A stretch of 64,000 nucleotides of DNA from Thermotogota bacterium (GTDB lineage Bacteria; Thermotogota; Thermotogae; UBA12178). A model generated the notes under the pieces. It did not search any database. It was not told the DNA's origin and saw only the letters and a list, made by a program, of their open reading frames with translations. Made by a program: the position numbers and the translations under genes. The DNA is taken from contig DPRG01000105.1 in assembly GCA_003538775.1 (NCBI GenBank), positions 12,476 through 76,475 on the forward strand. The letters are read 5' to 3'. Every line of letters starts with the position of its first letter. The stretch's first letter is position 1. Below, piece after piece: positions 1 to 11,860 of this stretch.

Positions 1-342
1 CCATTCAAAGCCACTTTTCAGTATTCTCACCAGCTGTATCAGCAGAGACGCTCCGGCAGTGGAAGCGGCGAATGAGTAATAAGTGAATGAAAAGCGTTTC
101 GTTTGTTTCATGAAGGCGCCGAATTGAAAGAAGAGCCCGGCGAGCCCAAGGAAAATGACAGCTCCAAGTGCCCATTTGGCGTCGTAAACACTCACTTCAA
201 GAAGGTTTCTCAACACAGGGGATAAGAATCGTATGACGGCGTAAACGGCTACCGCCATAAATCCCAGCAGAAAGGTGATTTCACCAAGAATCAGATGTAA
301 AGAAGAAACGAGGGAGCTGGTTTCGCGCTCCCTCTTATTCAT
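1..342 (-). CDS. hypothetical membrane protein (5' end present, 3' end runs off window); start ATG overlaps fmdB stop (ATGAATAA)
   Basis: Manual translation of minus strand gives MNKRERETSSLVSSLHLILGEITFLLGFMAVAVYAVIRF...ASTAGASLLIQLVRILKSGFEW, hydrophobic TM-like segments, open to position 1; not in ORF track because truncated. Confidence 0.4.
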   Translation of the reverse strand, partial: MNKRERETSSLVSSLHLILGEITFLLGFMAVAVYAVIRFLSPVLRNLLEVSVYDAKWALGAVIFLGLAGLFFQFGAFMKQTKRFSFTYYSFAASTAGASLLIQLVRILKSGFEW

Positions 343-574
343 CGGATTTTTCACTCTTTCCATTGGATTTCGAACTTACCGTTTCACTATTGTTAGACTT
401 TCGACTGTCTGTCACATAAAAACCCGAGCCTTTGAAAACGACGCCCACGCTACCAATTGTTTTGAGGAGTTTTCCACCACAGTGAGGACAGTACTTCAAT
501 GGTTCATCGGACATCTTCTGAAGGACTTCCACTTCCCTTTCACACACTGTGCAGACGTATTTGTAGATAGGCAT
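335..574 (-). CDS. FmdB-family zinc-ribbon protein (putative regulatory protein)
   Basis: MPIYKYVCTVCEREVEVLQKMSDEPLKYCPHCGG motif (CxxC...CPxCG); start moved to internal ATG at 574 preceded by GGAGGTGA; ORF track 335..655. Confidence 0.7.
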   Translation of the reverse strand: MPIYKYVCTVCEREVEVLQKMSDEPLKYCPHCGGKLLKTIGSVGVVFKGSGFYVTDSRKSNNSETVSSKSNGKSEKSDE

Positions 575-593
575 TATGTCACCTCCATCCATT

Positions 594-1469
594 TTAGAGG
601 TTTCGGATAATTTCTCTGACAAAGTTTGGCAACGCGAACGCCGCTTTATGCACATCAGAATTATAATACTTCAATTCTTTCCTGAAGTTTTCAACCTTTT
701 GAGGGTCGAAGTCTTCGACTGGATCCGCACCTTTGGACGCAAAGGTGTACGACCAGCAGCCAGAGGGATAAGAGCTCATGAATCCAAGATAAAGTCTGGT
801 AACAGGAAAGACCTTCTTTATTCTTTTGTAGGCAAGCTTTACCCAGCTTGGATCGAGCACAGGGCTTTCGGTCTCGGCAGAGAAAACACCATTTTCCGTT
901 AGCGCTTCATAACATGCCTGATAAAATTTCTCCGTAAATAGATGTCCACCTTCTCCAGCTGTTGGATCCGTGGAATCCACAATTATAACGTCGAAGCTGT
1001 CTTTGAATTTCGCAACGAACTCTACACCGTTTTCATTGACGATCTTCGCCCTGGGGTTGTCGAATTCAACAGAGGTATTCAGGTATTTTCTGGCTGCTTC
1101 GATGACTTTAGGGTCTATTTCGCACAGTATGGCTTCTTCCACCGTGTCATGCTTGAGAACTTCCCTGAGCGATCCTCCATCTCCACCACCTATTATCAAC
1201 ACGCGTTTGGGATTGGGGTGTAAGAACATCGGTACATGGACAAGCATTTCGTGATACATGAACTCATCCAAGTCCGTCGTCATTATAATGCCGTCAAGAG
1301 CAAAAACCCTTCCGTACCTGTAGGTATCAAATATATCTATGCGCTGATATTGAGACCGCTCCGTGTGGAGGAAACGATCTACAAGCATAAAACGTCCGGC
1401 TGTATTCCCTGTGAAAAATTCTTTGAACCATATATGTGAACTTCTGTCGAGATCGTCCATTGCATTCAT
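594..1469 (-). CDS. speE: spermidine synthase (polyamine aminopropyltransferase)
   Basis: LWFKEFF..., VLIIGGGDGG, DVIIVDSTDP motifs typical of SpeE; start may be ATG at 1460. Confidence 0.9.
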   Translation of the reverse strand: MNAMDDLDRSSHIWFKEFFTGNTAGRFMLVDRFLHTERSQYQRIDIFDTYRYGRVFALDGIIMTTDLDEFMYHEMLVHVPMFLHPNPKRVLIIGGGDGGSLREVLKHDTVEEAILCEIDPKVIEAARKYLNTSVEFDNPRAKIVNENGVEFVAKFKDSFDVIIVDSTDPTAGEGGHLFTEKFYQACYEALTENGVFSAETESPVLDPSWVKLAYKRIKKVFPVTRLYLGFMSSYPSGCWSYTFASKGADPVEDFDPQKVENFRKELKYYNSDVHKAAFALPNFVREIIRNL

Positions 1470-1474
1470 TCATA

Positions 1475-1879
1475 TCACCCCGCGACTGGTGCGAATTTGT
1501 GTGGGGAGGATTCAGGGATACCTATCTCCTGGTATATACCCCTGAGATGTTCAGCAACGGAAGTGCGTTTCGCGCCGAGTTTTTCTTTCAGGTATTCGAA
1601 AGCCTTCCATGGATCAACGTCGTCCCCGCAGGTGAAGAGGTCCACTGCGGCATATCCGTACTCTGGCCATGTATGTATTGTCAGGTGTGATTCGGATATG
1701 ACGACGACTCCGCTAACGCCATAGGGTGCGAACTTATGAAATGTCGAGTTTACGATAGTTGCGCCAGCTTCGAGTGCTGCCTGGTTCATGTGCTTTTCGA
1801 TCTGTGCGACATTGTCGAGAGCGTTGGGTTCACAGTCGTAAAATTCCGCTATCAGGTGCCTGCCGAGTGCCTTCATCAT
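1475..1879 (-). CDS. speH: S-adenosylmethionine decarboxylase proenzyme (pyruvoyl-dependent)
   Basis: [15 protein letters not shown] self-cleavage motif (E|S), 134 aa; immediately upstream of speE. Confidence 0.85.
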   Translation of the reverse strand: MMKALGRHLIAEFYDCEPNALDNVAQIEKHMNQAALEAGATIVNSTFHKFAPYGVSGVVVISESHLTIHTWPEYGYAAVDLFTCGDDVDPWKAFEYLKEKLGAKRTSVAEHLRGIYQEIGIPESSPHKFAPVAG

Positions 1880-1910
1880 ACATCCCTCCCCACGCAGAGT
1901 TTTTTGGTTT

Positions 1911-2444
1911 TCAATCTATCTCAATCCAGAGAATTACAGCCCTCTTCTTCTTATCCGGATTCTTTATCCTGTGCTTTTTATCCGCTTTGAAATAGAAACA
2001 ATCTCCAGCTTCCAGTTTATGCTTTGTGTCATCCAGCCAGAGTTCTATTTTGCCTTCAATCACGAATCCGAATTCTTCCCCTTCGTGGTACTCTTCTTCT
2101 TCCGTTTCGGCTTCCGGATCCAGAACAACATACAGAGGATCTATTTTCTTTGTTTCGACATCTGTCATCAATATCTGAGAGTGCACACCCTCCGGTTCGT
2201 CGTAGATGGGAACTCTTTCTTCTTTTTTAAAGACCACCTTTTCCTCTTTGAAGTCAGAAAAGAACTTTCTGAGATCACTTCCAAGGGCCCAGAGTATTTT
2301 TTCCAAAGTATCGAGTGACGGCGAAGTCTTGTTGGTTTCCAACTGGGAAATAAAACTTCTCGTCACATCCGCTCTTGTTGCGAGTTCCTCCTGAGTCAAA
2401 CCCCGCGATAAACGTAAACGGCGCAATTTTTCGCCTATCTGCAT
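1911..2444 (-). CDS. XRE-family HTH transcriptional regulator with C-terminal cupin domain
   Basis: N-terminal [33 protein letters not shown]_3; C-terminal cupin fold ([10 protein letters not shown]...LEAGDCFYF); heads the speH-speE operon. Confidence 0.8.
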   Translation of the reverse strand: MQIGEKLRRLRLSRGLTQEELATRADVTRSFISQLETNKTSPSLDTLEKILWALGSDLRKFFSDFKEEKVVFKKEERVPIYDEPEGVHSQILMTDVETKKIDPLYVVLDPEAETEEEEYHEGEEFGFVIEGKIELWLDDTKHKLEAGDCFYFKADKKHRIKNPDKKKRAVILWIEID

Positions 2445-2740
2445 TCGCTCACCGCCGCTTTCTTTTTAAGACCGATTTGTTCAGTATTTATTGACATGCC
2501 AAAACACGCATATCATGATATTTTGGGGATTGTCGATTCTTCCATAAAACCGAAAAATGACCCGAGTTTACGAGAAATAATGTTTGTAATACTGAACAAA
2601 CATGAAGAGTTTCATGAACATTATACCCCCCTCCCCCCTTCCTGTCAATCGTCGAAATCGATTGTTTTATTTTTGACATAAAAGTGTAATATTCGCAATC
2701 AAAAACCCGGTTTTTTGGAATTAGTTATTTTTGAAGCCGG

Positions 2741-2789
2741 ATGCAATAATATGCATGAATATGTTTGCACGAAGTGCATGATTTTGCAC
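2741..2789. promoter_or_regulatory. cluster of TGCA-containing palindromic boxes (ATGCAATAATATGCAT; TGCATGAATATGTTTGCAC; GTGCATGATTTTGCAC) in divergent intergenic region
   Basis: Inverted repeats GTGCA-N7-TGCAC and TGCA-N11-TGCA seen directly; ~100 nt upstream of aminotransferase start, in the intergenic region with the XRE-cupin regulator. Confidence 0.3.
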
Positions 2790-2895
2790 AGCGCGTTCCT
2801 ATGAAAAGGTTTTCACATCCGTTTTTTTCTCTTCGGTAATGTCTGGCACGATGTTGCTACAACTAATAACGGAAGATCCCGGAGGAGGTGCTCAT

Positions 2896-4128
2896 ATGGA
2901 TTTTGAATCCAAAGTGTCAGATCTCGCGAAGGGTATCAAATCTTCCATAATAAGAGAACTTTTAAAGTATGCCTCAGAGCCTGGCTTTATCTCTTTTGGC
3001 GGTGGCGTCCCAGATCCTGAAACCTTCCCAAGAAAGGAGCTTGCCGAAATAGCCAGAGAAGTCGTTGAAAAGGAATATCGGTTCGCCTTACAGTATGGTA
3101 CCACAGAGGGAGATCCCCTTTTGAAGGCTCAGTACATAAAGTACCTTGAAAGGTGGGAAGGGTTAAAGGATCTAAAAGAGAAGAACCTTTTGATAACAGT
3201 TGGATCACAGCAGGCACTCGATTTGATAGGTAGAACTTTTTTGGACAGCGAGAGCATCATCGCTATCAGTCAGCCAGCGTATCTGGGGGCTGTCTCGGCA
3301 TTTAAGATGAGAAACCCAAGATTCCTTACTATCCCTCTTTCTGATGACGGTATGGAAACGGAGATTCTTGAAAAGAAATTGAGGTCACTTACTGCGGCGG
3401 AGTTAAAGAAGTTTAAGTTCGTTTACACCGTTCCGAACTTCCATAACCCTGCTGGAGTGACTCTCACACTTGAAAGAAGAAAACATCTGCTTGAACTCGC
3501 AGAGAGATATGACTTTTTCGTAGTTGAAGACGATCCTTATGGCGCCTTGCGATTCGAGGGTGAACATATACCTTCTGTCTTCAAGCTCGGTGGTATGGAC
3601 AGAGTCGTGCTGCTTAACACCTTCAGTAAGGTTTTGAGCCCCGGATTGCGGATAGGCCTGGTGATCGCGCATGAAAGCGTCATATCAAAACTGGTGAAGG
3701 TGAAGCAAGGGGTTGATCTATGCTCTCCCAGTTTGACACAGAGGATCGCGGCGCGCTACATGGAGCGTTACGATATGCTTGAAAGACTCAGAAAGACTCT
3801 TGCCATATACAGGGAAAAGAAGGACGTTATGATGAAGGCTTTCGAGGAGCACCTCTCCGATTTAGACGCCCACTGGACGAGACCAAAAGGAGGACTCTTC
3901 AGCTGGGTGGTCTTGCCTGAGGGGTTTGACACTCTGGAAATGCTGGAACTTGGCAAGGAGTACAAAATTCTCTGGATCCCGGGTGCCGCTTTCCATGTAG
4001 ATGGAAGCGGTCAGAACACCATGAGGGTATCTTTCTGCCTCCCTTCCAAGGAAGAGATCGAAGAGGGTGTCAGACGAATCAGGAAAGTCGTAGAGGCTTA
4101 TAAATCTTCCAAAGTGATTTCGAGGTGA
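2896..4128 (+). CDS. PLP-dependent aminotransferase, class I/II fold (2-aminoadipate/aromatic/branched-chain type)
   Basis: Aminotransferase_1_2-like sequence (GGGVPDPETFP..., NPAGVT, FSKVLSPGLRIG with Lys); start moved to ATG 2896 after GGAGGAGG. Confidence 0.8.
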   Translation: MDFESKVSDLAKGIKSSIIRELLKYASEPGFISFGGGVPDPETFPRKELAEIAREVVEKEYRFALQYGTTEGDPLLKAQYIKYLERWEGLKDLKEKNLLITVGSQQALDLIGRTFLDSESIIAISQPAYLGAVSAFKMRNPRFLTIPLSDDGMETEILEKKLRSLTAAELKKFKFVYTVPNFHNPAGVTLTLERRKHLLELAERYDFFVVEDDPYGALRFEGEHIPSVFKLGGMDRVVLLNTFSKVLSPGLRIGLVIAHESVISKLVKVKQGVDLCSPSLTQRIAARYMERYDMLERLRKTLAIYREKKDVMMKAFEEHLSDLDAHWTRPKGGLFSWVVLPEGFDTLEMLELGKEYKILWIPGAAFHVDGSGQNTMRVSFCLPSKEEIEEGVRRIRKVVEAYKSSKVISR

Positions 4129-4132
4129 TGGT

Positions 4133-5220
4133 GTGTACAGGATACTCGTTATAAATCCCGGTTCTACGTCCACAAAAGTTGCGATCTTTGAAGATGAAAG
4201 AAAGGTAAGCGAAGAAAAGCTTACACACAGACCTGATGAGCTCGAAAAGTATGGAAGAATAGCCGATCAGGAACCTATGAGGCGCGCCGCTGTTGAAGCG
4301 TTTATAAGTTCTCAGGGATATCGTATCGAAGATTTCCATGCGATAGCAGCGCGCGGCGGTGTCTTAAAACCCATACCAAGCGGTACCTACAGGGTTGATG
4401 AATACATGGTGGATTATCTTCTGCATCGTGTTCCAGTGGAACACGCTTCCAATCTCGCGGCGGTAATTGGATACAGGCTTGGACATCCACACGGGATCCC
4501 CTGTTTTATAACCGATCCGGTCTCTGTGGATGAAATGTGGGATGAGGCGAGATTTTCGGGTATTCCCGATATCGAAAGAAAGAGTTACTCTCATGCCCTC
4601 AACACGAAAGCGGTTGCCAGAAAAGTGGCAGAGGAACTTGGCAAATCCTATGAAGAGTTAAAGATGGTCATAGTTCATCTTGGTTGTGGGATCTCAGTCA
4701 GCGCTCATATGAACGGTCGGATGGTGGATGTTAACAACGCCAACGATGAAGGGCCGTTCAGTCCGGAAAGGACAGGGGAACTTCCTGTAGGTGACGTTGT
4801 GAGAGAGGCTTATTCGGGAAAATACACAGCAAGAGAACACAAGAAACGGTTTGTAGGAAAAGGTGGGCTTGTAGCCTATCTCGGTACGAACGATCTTCGC
4901 GAGGCTTTTGAAAAGGCGGAGAGTTCGGAGAACGCCCGGCTTGTACTGGAAGCGATGGCCTATCAGATAGCCAAAGAAATTGGTGGAATGTGTGCAATCC
5001 TTGGATCGAATCCTGATGCGATTGTGATCACAGGTGGAATGGCACATAGTCAGCGGTTTGTTCAGATGATTTTACCTTATATATCAAGATTTGGATTGGT
5101 GACAGTGGTTCCAGGCGAATTCGAAATGGAGGCATTGGCACTGGGAGCCTTGAGAGTTCTCAGGGGTGAGGAATCTGCCAGGGACTATAAAGAAGCAGTG
5201 CAAGGGAGGGAGACGGAAGG

Positions 5221-5224
<4 letters not shown>
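4133..5224 (+). CDS. buk: butyrate (branched-chain fatty acid) kinase
   Basis: [22 protein letters not shown]-terminus, acetate/butyrate kinase family; GTG start after GGTGA. Confidence 0.9.
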
Positions 5225-7258
<2,034 letters not shown>

Positions 7259-7259
7259 G

Positions 7260-7928
7260 ATGATACATATACTTACTGGACCATTTGGCAGCGGAAAAAC
7301 GGAAATTTCTATAAACCTCGCTCTTCGTTTGAAAGAAGTGGCAGAAGATGTGAGTTTGCTGGATCTCGATGTTATAACACCTTATTTCAGGATAAGGGAC
7401 GTCGCTGATTTACTTGGTGAGATGGGTATCGATGTGGTAACAGTGAAAAGAGAGTTGAAATATATGGATTTGCCCATAATTCCGGGACGCCTTACAGAGC
7501 TTTTTTCTAAGGATAACGCACACATTGTGGTGGATCTTGGCGGAGACGATGACGGCGCAAGGGTCATAAGTTCTCTGAAATCCTTACTGGATGGCAAGCG
7601 TATTAGCGTGTATTTCGTGGTTAACGTTTTCAGGCCTTTCAATGAAACGGTAGATGAGATCTGCTATAACATCGAAAGGCTTTCTTCGAGATCGAGACTG
7701 AAGTTTGATGCCATAATCAACAACTCCAACCTCGGTGACTTAAGCACAGAAGAAGTTGTTTTGAAAGGTGAAGATGTAGTCACACGGGTTTCCGAGATCA
7801 CAGGCATTCCGGTAAAATGGACCGTTTTAGATGAAGCACTCGCAAAACACGCAGACATTTCAGGTTTTAAATATCCCGTCTTTTTGATAAAGAGATTCCT
7901 GGGGACACCATGGGAGGGCAGGAGGTGA
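7260..7928 (+). CDS. uncharacterized P-loop NTPase/kinase-like protein
   Basis: Walker A GPFGSGKT near N-terminus, VVDLGGDDDG Walker-B-like; translationally coupled between buk2 and the VOR ferredoxin gene. Confidence 0.55.
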   Translation: MIHILTGPFGSGKTEISINLALRLKEVAEDVSLLDLDVITPYFRIRDVADLLGEMGIDVVTVKRELKYMDLPIIPGRLTELFSKDNAHIVVDLGGDDDGARVISSLKSLLDGKRISVYFVVNVFRPFNETVDEICYNIERLSSRSRLKFDAIINNSNLGDLSTEEVVLKGEDVVTRVSEITGIPVKWTVLDEALAKHADISGFKYPVFLIKRFLGTPWEGRR

Positions 7929-7932
7929 GAGT

Positions 7933-8175
7933 ATGGCCAAGGTAGAGGGATATATCGAGATCGACGCCGAAAGGTGTAAGGGTTGTGGATTGTGTATCAA
8001 CGCATGTCCGGTGAACGTGATCGAGTTTTCCGAGGACTTCAATTCAAAGGGCTACCACCCCGCCAGGTACAAAGGTGAGGGCTGTATCGCCTGCGGTTTC
8101 TGCTATTTGAGTTGTCCGGACGTGTGTATAACGGTTTTCCGCGGCGCTCGAAAGAAGAGCCCTGTTAATGTGTAA
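7933..8175 (+). CDS. vorD: 2-oxoacid:ferredoxin oxidoreductase delta subunit (2x[4Fe-4S] ferredoxin)
   Basis: CKGCGLCINACP and CIACGFCYLSCP cysteine motifs, 80 aa. Confidence 0.8.
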   Translation: MAKVEGYIEIDAERCKGCGLCINACPVNVIEFSEDFNSKGYHPARYKGEGCIACGFCYLSCPDVCITVFRGARKKSPVNV

Positions 8176-8190
8176 GGAGAGAGAACGAGT

Positions 8191-9243
8191 ATGAAAAAGC
8201 TCATGATGAAAGGCAATGAGGCTATAGCAGAAGCCGCTATAAGGGCGGGGTGTAGACTTTATTTCGGCTATCCCATAACCCCCCAAAGTGAGATAGCGGA
8301 ATACATGTCCAGACGACTTCCCGAAGTTGGTGGAACCTTTCTTCAAACGGAAAGCGAAGTGGCAACGGTCAACATGGTCTATGGTGCCGCATGTACTGGA
8401 AAAAGAGTTATGACCTCAACTTCTTCTCCCGGTTTCAGTCTAATGCAGGAAGGTATCTCCTATATCGCCGGTGCAGAGCTTCCTTGCGTGTTTGTGAACG
8501 TCGTGCGTGGTGGTCCGGGGTTGGGTGATATACAGCCCGCCCAGAGCGATTATTTTCAAGCCACAAAGGGCGGAGGACATGGAGATTATCGTCTTCTTGT
8601 ACTCGCGCCTTCGACCCTTCAGGAAGCGATTGAGTTGACAATGCTGGCTTTTGATCTGGCGGATAAATACAGGAATCCAGCGCTGATTCTCGCTGATGGG
8701 ATGATAGGACAGATGATGGAACCCGTTGAACTACCTCCGATGAGGGATCTGTCAACACTACCCGATCATTCCAGCTGGGCATTAACCGGTGCTGAGGGAA
8801 GAGCGCCGCGTAAAGTAACGTCATTCAATATAGACCCGTACGGCCTGGAGGAGATGAACAAACGGTATCAGGAAAAATACAGGCGTGTGGAGCGCGAAGA
8901 ACAGCGATGGGAAGAGTACAAAACGGAGAATGCAGAGTATCTGCTTGTGGGTTATGGCACCATGGGAAGGATCTTGAAGAGCGTCGCTGACAGACTGGAA
9001 GAAGAAGGACTTGCGGTGGGAGTCTTCAGGCCAATCTCGCTATGGCCATTCCCTGATAGACGATTGAAGGAACTTTCAGAAAAAGTCCGGTTCGTTTTCA
9101 CCGTGGAAATGAGCAGCGGACAGATGGTGGAGGATGTCCGCCTTGCTGTTGACGGAAGGATTCCGGTACATTTCTACGGTCGCATGGGCGGAGTCGTTCC
9201 AACACCCGAAGAAGTTATCAGGGCTTTCAAGAAGCTCCTTTGA
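8191..9243 (+). CDS. vorA: 2-oxoacid (ketoisovalerate):ferredoxin oxidoreductase alpha subunit
   Basis: POR/VOR alpha family, 350 aa, follows delta subunit. Confidence 0.85.
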   Translation: MKKLMMKGNEAIAEAAIRAGCRLYFGYPITPQSEIAEYMSRRLPEVGGTFLQTESEVATVNMVYGAACTGKRVMTSTSSPGFSLMQEGISYIAGAELPCVFVNVVRGGPGLGDIQPAQSDYFQATKGGGHGDYRLLVLAPSTLQEAIELTMLAFDLADKYRNPALILADGMIGQMMEPVELPPMRDLSTLPDHSSWALTGAEGRAPRKVTSFNIDPYGLEEMNKRYQEKYRRVEREEQRWEEYKTENAEYLLVGYGTMGRILKSVADRLEEEGLAVGVFRPISLWPFPDRRLKELSEKVRFVFTVEMSSGQMVEDVRLAVDGRIPVHFYGRMGGVVPTPEEVIRAFKKLL

Positions 9244-9255
9244 GGAGGCGATAAG

Positions 9256-10005
9256 GTGGAAGTACGTGTGGCTTTTAGCGGTCCAAAATCGTTGAGTGGA
9301 AAGGAATTTACTTACTGCCCTGGTTGTCATCATGGAATCATTCACCGTCTGGTTGCTGAGGTGATAGACGAGCTTGGCATACAGGAAAAGACAATAATGG
9401 TGGCTCCGGTGGGATGTTCCGTGTTCGCGTATGAGTTCTTCGATGTCGATGGCACTGTTGCACCTCATGGTAGAGCCCTTGCTGTGGCTACGGGAATGAA
9501 AAGAGCTCTTCCAGACAGGGTGGTTTTCACCTACCAGGGAGACGGTGATCTGGCGGCTATAGGAACGGCTGAGACTGTACATGCGGCAAATAGAGGAGAG
9601 AAGCTCACGACGATCTTCGTGAACAACGCGGTGTATGGTATGACAGGTGGACAGATGGCACCTACGACGCTTCTTGGTCAGAAAACAACAACCACACCTT
9701 ATGGCAGACGCGCCGAAAACGATGGTTATCCTATTCATATGTCCGAGATTCTGAGTACAATGCGGGGAGTTGCCTACCTCGAGCGTGTTACGGTGAGCAC
9801 TCCTCAGGATATAAGAAACGCCAAAAAAGCTATAAAAAAGGCCTTTCTTGCGCAGATAAAGAACATTGGATTCGGACTCGTTGAGGTGCTCAGCACCTGC
9901 CCCACGAACTGGGGTATGACCCCTGTAGAAGCTCAACAGTGGCTTCTTGAGAACATGACAAAGGAATTTCCTCCTAAGCTTTTCATTGACAGGGTGGGAG
10001 ATTGA
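9256..10005 (+). CDS. vorB: 2-oxoacid:ferredoxin oxidoreductase beta subunit (TPP-binding)
   Basis: CPGCHHG..., GDGD TPP motif; GTG start after GAGGAGG. Confidence 0.85.
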   Translation: MEVRVAFSGPKSLSGKEFTYCPGCHHGIIHRLVAEVIDELGIQEKTIMVAPVGCSVFAYEFFDVDGTVAPHGRALAVATGMKRALPDRVVFTYQGDGDLAAIGTAETVHAANRGEKLTTIFVNNAVYGMTGGQMAPTTLLGQKTTTTPYGRRAENDGYPIHMSEILSTMRGVAYLERVTVSTPQDIRNAKKAIKKAFLAQIKNIGFGLVEVLSTCPTNWGMTPVEAQQWLLENMTKEFPPKLFIDRVGD

Positions 10006-10553
10006 AGATGGCTTATCACGGCATAGTGATAGCGGGTTTTGGTGGACAGGGAGTTATGCTCATGGGGCAGATCATAGCCGAAGCGGCTGTGATTGAAGGT
10101 AAACATTCCACGTGGCTTCCTTCTTATGGCCCGGAAATGCGCGGTGGCACCGCGAATTGCACGGTGGTAGTTGATGAGAGACCGGTGGCTTCGCCTGTTA
10201 TCGATTCGCCGACTGAAGTGATTGCGATGAACTACCCTTCGATGGTAAAATTTGGCGGGAGGCTCCAGAGCGGGGGCATTCTTTTTGTGAATTCATCAGT
10301 GGTGGATAGAGATATCGAGCGGGATGATATTGAAATCATAAAGGTTCCCGTAAACGAGATAGCAGAAGAAGTGGGTAATCCAAGGGTATCGAACATGGTG
10401 ATGTTAGGAGCCTTCGTTGAAGTTACTGGTATTGTTGGCACTGAAGCGGTGAAGGAAGCATTGAAGCACAAACTCACCGGCTCAAAATCGGCTCTATTAG
10501 AGCTCAATTTTGAAGCGGTAAGAAGGGGAGCAGAATTCGTTAGAAGGAGGTGA
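10002..10553 (+). CDS. vorC: 2-oxoacid:ferredoxin oxidoreductase gamma subunit
   Basis: POR gamma family GFGGQGV motif; likely ATG 10008. Confidence 0.8.
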   Translation: MKMAYHGIVIAGFGGQGVMLMGQIIAEAAVIEGKHSTWLPSYGPEMRGGTANCTVVVDERPVASPVIDSPTEVIAMNYPSMVKFGGRLQSGGILFVNSSVVDRDIERDDIEIIKVPVNEIAEEVGNPRVSNMVMLGAFVEVTGIVGTEAVKEALKHKLTGSKSALLELNFEAVRRGAEFVRRR

Positions 10554-10577
10554 AGCCACCGTTTCGGTGGCGTATCC

Positions 10578-11822
10578 GTGAGCCTGTACGAAAACGCGTT
10601 GAAGCAGTTCAACAAAGCTGCTGATCTGATGAATCTTGATCCTGGCCTTAAAGAAGTTCTCTCATATCCAAAGAGAGAACTAACCGTGAACTTTCCTGTG
10701 AAGATGGATAACGGCGAAATACGTGTATTCACAGGCTACAGGGTTCAGCATAATCTCTCCAGAGGTCCAGCCAAAGGTGGTATCCGTTACCATCCGGATG
10801 TGACGCTCGATGAAGTCAAAGCCTTGGCGTTTTTGATGACCTGGAAGTGCGCAGTGGTGAACATTCCATACGGAGGTGCTAAAGGCGGTGTAAAGGTCGA
10901 TCCTTCAAAACTTTCAGAGGACGAGCTGGAGAGACTCAGTCGAAGGTACTTTTCAGAGATACGGATCATAGTCGGCCCTGACGAAGATATACCCGCTCCG
11001 GATGTGAACACGAATCCTAAAGTGATGGCGTGGTATATGGATACCTACAGCATGGATGTGGGACACACCGTGCTCAGCGTGGTAACTGGTAAGCCCCTCG
11101 ATATTGGTGGATCAGCGGGAAGGCTGGAGGCTACGGGAAGAGGGGTGAGAGTGGTCACCGAAGAGGCCGCGAATTATCTGGGGCTCGATACGAAGAATAT
11201 GACCGTGGCAGTTCAGGGGTTTGGAAATGTTGGATCACACGCTGCCCTCCTGATAAGCGAAGAACTTGGAAGCAAAGTTGTAGCTGTAAGCGATGTTAAC
11301 GGGGGTGTCTACAACCCTGAAGGTCTTGATATAGAAGAGTTGATAGCTTACAGGGATTCAAACGGAGGTACTATAAAGGGTTATCCTAAGGCTGAACCTA
11401 TTACCAACGAAGAACTGCTGACTATGGACGTTGACGTCTTGATTCCCGCTGCTCTGGAAAACGTGATAACTGCAGAAAACGCGGAAGAAATAAAAGCCAA
11501 ACTTGTGGTAGAAGGAGCTAACGGGCCGACCACACCGGAAGCCGATGAAATTTTACAAAAGAAAGGTATATTTGTTGTACCTGACATACTCGCAAACGCT
11601 GGCGGTGTAACGGTATCTTATTTCGAGTGGGTCCAGGGATTGCAGTGGTATTTCTGGGAGATCGACGACGTTAGAAAATCTCTTCACAAAGTCATGAAAA
11701 ACGCTTTTGCGGATGTTATGAAAGCACGCGCTCGTTTCAACTGCGATATGAGATCGGCAGCCTACACACTGGCCATAGAAAAAGTAGCTCTGGCCACAAA
11801 GCTCAGAGGGATATATCCATAA
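10578..11822 (+). CDS. gdhA: glutamate dehydrogenase (Glu/Leu/Phe/Val dehydrogenase family)
   Basis: GPAKGGIRYHP, GFGNVG motifs; GTG start. Confidence 0.9.
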   Translation: MSLYENALKQFNKAADLMNLDPGLKEVLSYPKRELTVNFPVKMDNGEIRVFTGYRVQHNLSRGPAKGGIRYHPDVTLDEVKALAFLMTWKCAVVNIPYGGAKGGVKVDPSKLSEDELERLSRRYFSEIRIIVGPDEDIPAPDVNTNPKVMAWYMDTYSMDVGHTVLSVVTGKPLDIGGSAGRLEATGRGVRVVTEEAANYLGLDTKNMTVAVQGFGNVGSHAALLISEELGSKVVAVSDVNGGVYNPEGLDIEELIAYRDSNGGTIKGYPKAEPITNEELLTMDVDVLIPAALENVITAENAEEIKAKLVVEGANGPTTPEADEILQKKGIFVVPDILANAGGVTVSYFEWVQGLQWYFWEIDDVRKSLHKVMKNAFADVMKARARFNCDMRSAAYTLAIEKVALATKLRGIYP

Positions 11823-11860
11823 TTTAAACTCTAAATACATCCAAAATACATCGAAGTGAG

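Noticed and set aside
311-335. GAGGGAGC-N9-GCTCCCTC hairpin, possible terminator
   Set aside because: Lies inside the first codons of the minus-strand membrane gene and is not followed by a convincing U-run on either strand; more likely mRNA structure than a terminator.
275-610. 111-aa plus-strand ORF
   Set aside because: Entirely antisense to the FmdB gene and the membrane-protein start; no RBS, no recognisable domain.
2488-2681. Two short overlapping ORFs (61-63 aa) on opposite strands
   Set aside because: Located in the AT-rich divergent promoter region, low-complexity translation, no RBS.
2701-2716. AAAAACC-c-GGTTTTT palindrome as terminator
   Set aside because: AT-only stem, unlikely to be a stable intrinsic terminator; kept only as a possible protein-binding site.
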